Under the pieces are notes generated by a model that saw only the letters and a list, made by a program, of their open reading frames with translations, was not told the origin of the DNA and did no database searches. From Deltaproteobacteria bacterium (GTDB lineage: Bacteria > Desulfobacterota > Binatia > Binatales > Binataceae), in contig JAJYVB010000001.1 in assembly GCA_021792265.1 (NCBI GenBank), positions 1 through 48,452 on the forward strand: DNA of 48,452 bases, given 5' to 3'. Both the position numbers and the translations under genes were made by a program. Below, one piece after another: positions 19,031-26,259 of this stretch (the stretch's first letter is position 1; each line of letters opens with the position of its first letter).

Positions 19031-20319
19031 GCTTGGAGGTGTGCGAGCGGATGCGAGGCGCGCTGCCCGGCGAAGGTTTCGTCCCGGGATCGGCACAGAA
19101 ACCGCTTTCGCCGGCGCGGGAGTTTTACTTTAATCCTTGGGACGCCGCCTTCCGCGATAATCCCTACCCACACTACCAGCCGCTTGTTGCCGGACCACCG
19201 CGCTTGCTGGACTGGGCAACGCCCGTGGCGCTGGTTGCTCGTTACGCCGACGTCGTCGCCGTGTTGAGCGACCATCAGCGCTTTTCCAGCGTACGGCTGC
19301 GAAGTTACATAACCGAGCAGCGAATCGAAGTCTTTGGCACGGTTCCCAATTTGTTGTTCTCCGACCCGCCGACTCACACGCGCCTTCGGCGCCTTGTCGC
19401 GCGGGCCTTCACTGCGCGCCGGGTCCAGGCACTAGAGGGGCGAATCAACGCGGTGGTCTCTGCTCTGCTCGACGCTGCCGTCCGCCGTGGGGCGACGATA
19501 GAGATCATGGAGGTCCTTGCTAATCCTCTCCCGGTTATTGTGATCGCCGAGATGCTGGGAATTTCGTCGAGCGACTACCAGTGCTTCAAGAACTGGTCCG
19601 ATCTGATAATTGAAGCCGATAATGTCGAGCCGGGCCGTGAAATTCCCGTTCCAACCCGCACCGCACTGGGCGAACTCGTAGAGTTTTTCAAGCGCGAAAT
19701 CGAACGGCGGAAACACGCATCAAGCGATGACCTGGTGAGCCTCCTGGCTGCGGCTTCTCCCGACGTCCTGAGCGCCGAGGAGTTGGTCGCTTTCCTGGTG
19801 CTGCTGCTCCTTGCGGGTAACGAAACCACGACCAACCTGATTGGCAACGGGCTGCTGGCGCTGTTGTCAAATCCGCAGGAAATGGCGCGGCTGCGCGAGC
19901 ACCCCGCGCTGCTGCCGTGTGCCATCGAGGAGATGCTCCGCTACGACAGCCCGGCTCAGGCCGCGGTGCGTTTTGCGCGCGCCGACGCAACCGTTGGCGG
20001 CGTCACGATCGAGGCCGGAACGTTTGTTTTCGTGCTTCTCGCTGCGGCTAATCGGGACCCCGCAAAATTTGCCGATCCCGAGCGCTTCGACATCAGTCGC
20101 AGCCCCAACGACCACCTCGCCTTCGGCGAGGGAATACATCATTGCCTGGGAGCTCCGCTGGCGCGTCTGCAAGGGGCGATTGCCTTCGAGTCGCTGCTGC
20201 GCCGCTTCCCGGCGATGCGCCTGGCCGAAGACGGCGAGCCGTTGCGCTACAAGGGCTCCTATTTCCTGCGGGGGCTCGCCGCACTGCGGGTGGCGGCCAC
20301 GGGCAACGCCCGGGCATGA
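19027..20319 (+). CDS. cytochrome P450
   Basis: I-helix LLLLAGNETT, EXXR (EEMLRYD) and heme-binding loop FGEGIHHCLGAPLA. Confidence 0.95.
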   Translation: MSLEVCERMRGALPGEGFVPGSAQKPLSPAREFYFNPWDAAFRDNPYPHYQPLVAGPPRLLDWATPVALVARYADVVAVLSDHQRFSSVRLRSYITEQRIEVFGTVPNLLFSDPPTHTRLRRLVARAFTARRVQALEGRINAVVSALLDAAVRRGATIEIMEVLANPLPVIVIAEMLGISSSDYQCFKNWSDLIIEADNVEPGREIPVPTRTALGELVEFFKREIERRKHASSDDLVSLLAAASPDVLSAEELVAFLVLLLLAGNETTTNLIGNGLLALLSNPQEMARLREHPALLPCAIEEMLRYDSPAQAAVRFARADATVGGVTIEAGTFVFVLLAAANRDPAKFADPERFDISRSPNDHLAFGEGIHHCLGAPLARLQGAIAFESLLRRFPAMRLAEDGEPLRYKGSYFLRGLAALRVAATGNARA

Positions 20320-21665
20320 GGCGTCCGGACGTGATCACGCCCGCGCTGCCGGCCGCGCCGCCAAGCGAGGAGCCTTATCGGCCGGCCCTGCTTGCCTGGC
20401 TCTTTCCGCCGCTCACCAGGCGTGAGTGGCAAGTCTTCGGTATCGCGACGACAGCCGGTTTTTTCGACAACTATGACACGGCGCTTCTGAACCTGGCGTT
20501 GCGTCAGGTTCAGCGTGGGTTGGGAATTGCCGAAGCGCGACTGGGCGATATGCTCTCGGTTGTTCGTTTGGGAAACCTGCTAGCATTGCTGATGGCGCCG
20601 CTTGCCGACGTTTTCGGCCGGCGGCGGTTGCTTCTTTACACCATCGTCGGCTACACGGTTTTCACCGGCCTGAGCGCCGTCGCGCCCAACAGCCTGAGTT
20701 TCGTCGCTTGCCAGTTTGTTGCGCGCGGGTTTGCCGGCACGGAGGGTATCATCGCCCTGGTGCTGTTGGTGGAGGAAGTGCGAGCTGAGGCTCGGGGTTG
20801 GATGGTGGGGCTGTTGGGCGCGCTGGTCGCCGCCGGCTACGGGTTGGCCGCGATTGCCTTCGCTCAGATCAACTGGCTCCCCTTCGGCTGGCGCGGGCTT
20901 TACGCGCTCGCCTTGATACCACTGCTGTTTATCATTCCTTTGCGCCGGCTGCTGCCCGAAAGCCGCCGTTTCGAGCGCGACCAGCTTGCGCGCATGGTTC
21001 CCGAGGGTGTCTTCCGGCCTTTGGTCGAGCTGTTCAGGTTCTCGCCCAAGCGCCTGGCGATGGTGGCAAGTACAGGTTTCCTAGTAAGCCTGGGCAACAA
21101 CCCCGGCAGTTACCTTTACGCCAAGTATCTGCAGGAGGCGCACGGATGGACACCGGGTGAGGTGTCAGAGCTGGTTTTCCTGGGCGGCGCCATCGGCATC
21201 TTCGGCAACATCATCGCCGGCCGGCTCAGCGATCGTTGCGGTCGGCGCAAGATGGGCTCGATTTTCCTGATGCTTGGCCCCCTGCTTACCATCTGGATGT
21301 TCCAGGCGCGCGACAATTCCATCATCGTGGCCTGGGTCCTGCGGCTTTTCTTCGATACTGCCGCAGCGACGATCGTCAGCGCCTACGTTGCGGAGCTATT
21401 TCCGACTGTCTACCGAGCGGCCGCAGGAAGCGCGCTCACCGTCGCCAACACGGGCGGCGGTGCGCTGGGCCTCTACCTCGAGGGACTTCTCTATGTCGCT
21501 ACTGGTTCCCACTGGACGGCGATCTGCTATCTGACGATATTTTGGATGATGTCGCCGTTTGTGATGCTTTTCGCGTTTCCGGAAACCGCTGGTTTGGAAC
21601 TTGAGGCTATCGCGCCAATTCCAGACCCTAACTTGTTGCTACGAACACCTGCGAAAGGTCCCTGA
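20316..21665 (+). CDS. MFS transporter
   Basis: Multiple TM segments and the MFS loop motif ADVFGRRRLL. I take ATG 20316 (ATGA overlap with the P450 stop) rather than 20142, which would overlap the P450 gene by 178 nt. Confidence 0.9.
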   Translation: MRRPDVITPALPAAPPSEEPYRPALLAWLFPPLTRREWQVFGIATTAGFFDNYDTALLNLALRQVQRGLGIAEARLGDMLSVVRLGNLLALLMAPLADVFGRRRLLLYTIVGYTVFTGLSAVAPNSLSFVACQFVARGFAGTEGIIALVLLVEEVRAEARGWMVGLLGALVAAGYGLAAIAFAQINWLPFGWRGLYALALIPLLFIIPLRRLLPESRRFERDQLARMVPEGVFRPLVELFRFSPKRLAMVASTGFLVSLGNNPGSYLYAKYLQEAHGWTPGEVSELVFLGGAIGIFGNIIAGRLSDRCGRRKMGSIFLMLGPLLTIWMFQARDNSIIVAWVLRLFFDTAAATIVSAYVAELFPTVYRAAAGSALTVANTGGGALGLYLEGLLYVATGSHWTAICYLTIFWMMSPFVMLFAFPETAGLELEAIAPIPDPNLLLRTPAKGP

Positions 21666-22141
21666 TGCGTTCGCTTGGATGGGTACAGTCTGCTGCACTT
21701 TTAATTGTACTGAGTATTTTGACGGTGGTCGGCGCGGGATGCGATGCGGGACCGCGCGTGTTGATCCGCGACCCCGGTGGCGCTGTGATTGCGCGGGTAA
21801 GGGTAGAGGTCGCCGGGACGCCAGCCAAGCGCGAGCTTGGCCTGATGTTCCGCCACCACTTGGACGCGGACGCTGGGATGCTGTTCGTGTTCCCAAAGAC
21901 CAACCAGGTGTACTTCTGGATGCGTAATACGGAAATTCCGCTCGATATGATCTTCGTCGGAGCCGACGGGCGGGTGGCGGGCGTGGTCGCCCACGCTCAA
22001 CCTTACTCTGACAAGCTTCTGACCGTCGACGCCAAAGTCCGTTACGTGCTCGAAGTCAACGCTGGCTTCGCCAAAAGTCACGGGATCCGGCGGGGCGACC
22101 AGTTCGATTTCGAGGGCTTCACTCCCACTGCGACCAGTTAA
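21665..22141 (+). CDS. DUF192 domain protein, probable lipoprotein/secreted
   Basis: VEVAGTPAKRELGLMFRHHLDADAGMLFVFP...FWMRNTEIPLDMIF matches the DUF192 signature. N-terminal signal ends in GAGC. Confidence 0.85.
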   Translation: MRSLGWVQSAALLIVLSILTVVGAGCDAGPRVLIRDPGGAVIARVRVEVAGTPAKRELGLMFRHHLDADAGMLFVFPKTNQVYFWMRNTEIPLDMIFVGADGRVAGVVAHAQPYSDKLLTVDAKVRYVLEVNAGFAKSHGIRRGDQFDFEGFTPTATS

Positions 22142-22182
22142 CGCGGCCCGTAAGCATAGCCGCCGAATTCTACGGAATATCA

Positions 22183-22213
22183 GGCAAATCGCGAAAGCAA
22201 AATGCGATTTGCC
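22183..22213 (+). terminator. stem-loop after the DUF192 gene
   Basis: ggcaaatcgc / gcgatttgcc, 10-bp perfect stem and 11-nt loop, 42 nt after the operon's last stop. Confidence 0.4.
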
Positions 22214-22368
22214 GGCGAGTTCGCATAAAAAGTGCTTTGAAATGGCAGGCCTGCGGAATGGCATAAGATTTGCCTTTCCATCTCGATGAAAATAGGCGTG
22301 AATAGGCACCTATTTTCCTCGTCCAACGTAGTGTAGGGCGGGAATCTTTTTTCATCGAGGAGTTACAA

Positions 22369-22701
22369 GTGATGAAAAAGACACTTAAAAACGCGCTGAC
22401 GATTTCGGCGCTTGTTTTAGTAATCGCCGCGTTTGGAATTCCAGCGTGGGCAGCGGCGCCCACTATGGAAATCGGCAGGCAAGCCGCGCTGCAGGAGCGT
22501 GCGAAGGTAAACCGAGATATAAGCAAGATGCACGCAACGTTGGTCCTTGGACCATATGCTCAAGTACAAAAAACATATCAGACGGACTATGTACGAGGAT
22601 TGCTCGACTTCAACACCGGCCACTACACCCAGGCAACTCGAAATCTCAGAGCGGCTGACCAGACGCTGCGCAACATGCCGGAGTGGCAGGATCTCAAATA
22701 A
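22369..22701 (+). CDS. small secreted hypothetical protein
   Basis: Clear Sec signal peptide (KKTLKNALTISALVLVIAAFGIPAWA-AAP). Lower-GC ORF, no family recognised. Confidence 0.55.
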   Translation: MMKKTLKNALTISALVLVIAAFGIPAWAAAPTMEIGRQAALQERAKVNRDISKMHATLVLGPYAQVQKTYQTDYVRGLLDFNTGHYTQATRNLRAADQTLRNMPEWQDLK

Positions 22702-22838
22702 CTCGGATAGCCGTTAATTACGGTGCGATTAGCGGCCACCGTTCTCGCGTACGGCGGCCGCTACCGTCCCGTTACTTTAATCCATTTCACCGCGGTCGGC
22801 AGCCTGGCGCTGGAGATGCCGGAAGCGCCAGACGGCCT

Positions 22839-23180
22839 TTACGAGGTTGGACAACTTGGGCCGTCGAGGGTGACATGGTCCTCGCTCGTCATCCAATAGT
22901 AGCGGCTCATGTCGATAAAGTTGGGCTCGTCGACTAATGCGCCGTTTCGGTATTCGGGGTTGCGGCGAAACTCATGCAGCCCGTCGAGGTTGTCGAGGCA
23001 TACCTCGGCCGTGTGGTCGTACGCCGCGTGGGTGGGAAACAGGATTTGATGGCTTTGGAGGTAGCGCCGAATCTGCTAAACGCGCTTCACGATCGGCGCG
23101 TGCGTCTCGCGCCAGTAGGGATGGAATTCCTCGTCGCTCATTGACGGCTTGCTGCTGACAAAGAAGCGAACGTGGATCAT
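22839..23180 (-). pseudogene. EthD-family protein gene interrupted by an in-frame TAG
   Basis: My own minus-strand translation: MIHVRFFVSSKPSMSDEEFHPYWRETHAPIVKRV*QIRRYLQSH...EPNFIDMSRYYWMTSEDHV. Typical EthD pattern over 113 codons, with TAG at 23076..23078. Not in the ORF track because both halves are short. Confidence 0.7.
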
Positions 23181-23382
23181 TCGCTGTCATCTCCGGGGTT
23201 GAAGTTGGCGCTGGGAACGGCCGTTGATCGAACCGATTTGGGCCGGGCCGAGCGCAATGTTCTCTCGCACGCAACTCAGCGGCTAGCGCGATTGCTCGTG
23301 CCAGGGCGCCTTGGCCTTGCGAGTTGTTCCGCCCCCCGCTGGCGGGCACGCTCTTCAGCCTACGCGGAGCGCACGGCGGCTT

Positions 23383-24063
23383 TCACGGCATTTTCTTCCA
23401 CAGATCCGCTACCGACTGCCGGCCCTCGCCGCTCCTGAGCCAGGTCATGTAGTCGGGACGGCCGCGTTGGCGGAATAACTGTTCGCTGAACAGTTCGGCC
23501 CAGAAAGAAAGCGGCCGCAGCGTCTTCTCCATGTCGGGATCGAACTTCTTCCAGCGACGCGCATGCTCTTCCGACCGGAAGAGATTCATCCCCCCTCAGC
23601 GAAAGGGGGCGTCTTCGCGCGAACCGCCGATCGCGCTATGCGTATAACCCACGATAGTCGCGGGCTCCACGTGGAGAATCTGCTCGTTGCGCATCTCCAC
23701 CACCATCGGCTCTCCGCAGTCCAGACACGGCGCATCGACTCGAACGGTCTTGTTAGGAAATAGCCAGCGGACCGCCAGCGCTTCAAACCCACACTGGGCG
23801 AACCACTTCTGATGGCCGTCGATGGCGATGCGGTACTGCGTGGGCTGATTGTTGAACGGCGCAAACGAGGCGATTAAGTCGGTGCCCGGATGCACCCAGC
23901 CCGGAACATTGCGCGCGAACAACTCGTGGACGAGTTCGCACCCCTCCTCCATCGAAAGGCCCAGGTCTTTTGCCAGTTCCGTGTAATGGGGCGCCTGCCC
24001 CGTGCGTACAAAGCGCTGAATGATGTTGGCGAAAGCACGGTCGAGCAACGCGAGGTCAGACAT
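23383..24063 (-). CDS. alkylmercury lyase (MerB) family protein with an in-frame UGA at 23596..23598 (candidate selenocysteine codon)
   Basis: Track ORFs 23596..24063 and 23383..23589 share one frame, separated only by TGA-GGG-GGG. The joined 226-aa product resembles MerB along its length (FAQCGFEAL vs AWCALDTL; RVDAPCLDCGEP vs RVSSHCAATGAP; FR-[UGA]-GGMNLFRSEEHARRW vs SFCCHVHFFAS..AEDW). Confidence 0.7.
23566..23583 (-). promoter_or_regulatory. SECIS-like stem-loop downstream of the in-frame UGA
   Basis: RNA CUCUUCC-GGUC-GGAAGAG, perfect 7-bp stem. The stem starts 12 nt and the loop 19 nt after the UGA. AUG/CAU flanks could extend the stem with an AAU bulge. Confidence 0.55.
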
Positions 24064-24250
24064 GATCGACTTCCCCTTTCTACCTGATGAGAGAAGTTCC
24101 TGAATTATGCCACTATAACGAAGCCGTCCTTATCGCAAGGCTTTATGGGCTGTCGCCAAAAAGTCCGCCGCCAAGAAGCCCGCCGCGTCCCACTCACCCC
24201 GGACGTGCCGCTTTGGTGCTGCGCGTCATTGCCCACTGGGGCGAACATCT

Positions 24251-25093
24251 CTAGCCGAGCCATTTGTCGAGATGCTCTTTGATCTTTCTCGCGGCATCTT
24301 CCGGGCGATCGCTCGCTCGAACTTGGCCGGCACTCGTGCGGGTCTGCCCGAACATCATCCTGAGCTTTTCCTCGCGCGATAGAGAAGCCACGTTGACGCC
24401 GAGCTTGGTCCTCGGGCGTGGCGGTGTGACCGCGACGATTTCTACCCGGCGGCTTTGCGCCGGAAATGACACTCCAAGCCAGCGCAAATCGCGCCGCTCG
24501 ATCTTCTGCTTTAAGAGGCGATGAACCCAGCCCGCGCCGTACCATCGCGGCTCGTTGGGTCCGTGCTCGATTGTCACCATCGCGGGCAGGCACGTTGTAT
24601 AGGTTTCGCGCACGCCTCGTTCGAGCTTCTTGTCGGCGCTGATCCGGTTTGTGCGCTCGTCATACTTGAGTCCCAACGCTCCCGCAATCAGGGGCAGCTC
24701 CAATTCTTCAGCCAATAGTGCACCGACGATCCCACTGCCGGTATCGGCGCTCCTGCTGCCGCACAGGATAAGGTCGAAACCGGTAGCCCTGAGCGTTGCG
24801 CAGAGGACCTCCGCGGTGAAGAAAGAATCGGCTCCGCACATCGCCTCATCCCACACCCGGATAGCCTTGTCCGCACCCATCGCGATGGCCCGGTTGAGCG
24901 TGAGTTCGGCTTGCGGAGGCCCGGCGGTGACAACGACCACCTCGCTGCCGCCGCTTCCGGCGCGAAGCCGCAAGGCCTCCTCGATGGCGCTGAGGTCGAG
25001 CGGATTGGGGCTGTGCCGCAACGGGGCTCCGGTGCCGGCAAGGCCGGACGAGGGCGGCCCGATGATATGTTTTAGACAGACGGCGATTTTCAC
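24251..25093 (-). CDS. etfB: electron transfer flavoprotein, beta subunit
   Basis: VKIAVCLKH...NPLDLSAIEEALRL...VVVVTAGPPQAE..LNRAIAMGADKAI...LILCGSRSAD is typical EtfB. GTG 25093 chosen; the longer track ORF would overlap etfA. Confidence 0.9.
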   Translation of the reverse strand: MKIAVCLKHIIGPPSSGLAGTGAPLRHSPNPLDLSAIEEALRLRAGSGGSEVVVVTAGPPQAELTLNRAIAMGADKAIRVWDEAMCGADSFFTAEVLCATLRATGFDLILCGSRSADTGSGIVGALLAEELELPLIAGALGLKYDERTNRISADKKLERGVRETYTTCLPAMVTIEHGPNEPRWYGAGWVHRLLKQKIERRDLRWLGVSFPAQSRRVEIVAVTPPRPRTKLGVNVASLSREEKLRMMFGQTRTSAGQVRASDRPEDAARKIKEHLDKWLG

Positions 25094-25109
25094 GCGCGTG
25101 CGTCCGTGG

Positions 25110-26120
25110 TCACGCGGTGGTCTTTGAAAGCTCGCCGAGTGCTGGCAGCAGCTCGAAGAGATCGGCCACAATTGCAAGCTCGGCGGATTTGAAAATCGGT
25201 GCGTCGCGGTCGATGTTGACCGCGATCAGATGACGCACCTTGTGTATCGCCATCATGTGATAGGCCGAGCCGGAAATCCCGCAGGCTATGTACACGTCGC
25301 CGGCGAGCCAGTTCCCGCTCATCCCGATCTGGCTCTCCTTCGGCATCAGGCCCGCGTCCGTAACTGGCCGTGAAACTCCAAGCACGGCACCGATCGACTC
25401 GGCAGCCTCTTTGAGCCGGCTCAGTTCCTGGGCGCGGGCGATAATTGGACGACCCACCCCGACGACGAGACTCGCTTCCCCGAGCGCGAGCTGCCGCGGG
25501 TCTACCTTCCACCGCCGGACCAGCTCGGTACGCGGCGCCTCAAGCGTCACCTGGTCTTCGATGACTTGCGGAGCGCAGCGGTTGGCTCCCTCGATCGCCT
25601 CCAGCGCATCCAAATCCACCGTTGCGATCCACGGCGGCGGACTGAGCCATCGCAACGTCATATGGGCTTCGCCTCCGTGAACAGCCTTGCGGGCACATAG
25701 CCTCTCGCCTTCCACGGCGAAATCCACGCACTCAGAGATAAAGCCGGTTCGCAAACGCGCGGCCACCCTCGCGCCAGCATCGCTTCCGAGCGGCGTGGCG
25801 GCAAAAAGCAACAGCTTCGGCTTGCGTCTTAAGGCCACGCTCGTCACCGCTTGCGCGTAGGTCTCCGGCGTCCACTGTGGGGCGGCGCGCGGGTCAAGAA
25901 CATAAAGTTTTTCGAGGCCGAAGCCTCTCAGTTGGGTGGCGAAGCTGTCGCCCTCGCCGCCGACGGTGATAGCGCAGGGTCTTTGCCCGAGCAGGCGCGC
26001 CACCCTGGCGCCCTCCGCCGCGATCCTTGCGGCGCTCTTATGAAGGCGACCGCTGGAGGTCTCGAGAAACGCCCAGACCTCGCCAGCGGATGAATCGGCG
26101 GTTTCTATGGCGGCCGTCAA
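25110..26120 (-). CDS. etfA: electron transfer flavoprotein, alpha subunit
   Basis: The C-terminal FAD domain LVVGVGRP...QIGMSGNWLAGDVYIACGISGSAYHMMAI...IAVNIDRDAPIF matches EtfA. Confidence 0.9.
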   Translation of the reverse strand: MTAAIETADSSAGEVWAFLETSSGRLHKSAARIAAEGARVARLLGQRPCAITVGGEGDSFATQLRGFGLEKLYVLDPRAAPQWTPETYAQAVTSVALRRKPKLLLFAATPLGSDAGARVAARLRTGFISECVDFAVEGERLCARKAVHGGEAHMTLRWLSPPPWIATVDLDALEAIEGANRCAPQVIEDQVTLEAPRTELVRRWKVDPRQLALGEASLVVGVGRPIIARAQELSRLKEAAESIGAVLGVSRPVTDAGLMPKESQIGMSGNWLAGDVYIACGISGSAYHMMAIHKVRHLIAVNIDRDAPIFKSAELAIVADLFELLPALGELSKTTA

Positions 26121-26259
26121 ATCTGCCCGTCACCTTCTGCCCGTAGAATCGGTCCTGCGCCGCCTTTAACCGTGTGGGTGGACTCCCGGAAGTTCTCAGA
26201 GCGGCGCAAAACCCAAGGTGCGCGTGTGGCTTTGTCCGGTTCCCACTCCGGCCCCAAGC

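Noticed and set aside
18203-19096. 297-aa minus-strand ORF
   Set aside because: It is antisense to the crotonase-family gene, which has clear oxyanion-hole motifs.
20142-20315. Long N-terminal extension of the MFS transporter ORF
   Set aside because: It would overlap the P450 gene by 178 nt, and the extension is Arg/Gly/Ala-rich. ATG 20316 gives a classic ATGA coupling.
23076-23078. Reading the EthD TAG as pyrrolysine
   Set aside because: There is no hint of pyl genes or a methylamine-metabolism context, and the aligned family position is not a conserved Lys. A nonsense mutation or sequencing error is the simpler explanation.
22683-23349. Track ORFs 22683..22937 (+), 22937..23158 (+) and 22972..23349 (-)
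   Set aside because: Their composition is not protein-like. The region is better explained by the interrupted EthD-family reading frame on the minus strand.
23590-23598. Explaining the split MerB-like gene as a homopolymer frameshift at the C6/G6 run
   Set aside because: Both ORFs start at positions congruent modulo 3 (24063 and 23589), so they are in the same frame. The interruption is a stop codon, not a frameshift. A read-level error at this run still needs to be excluded.
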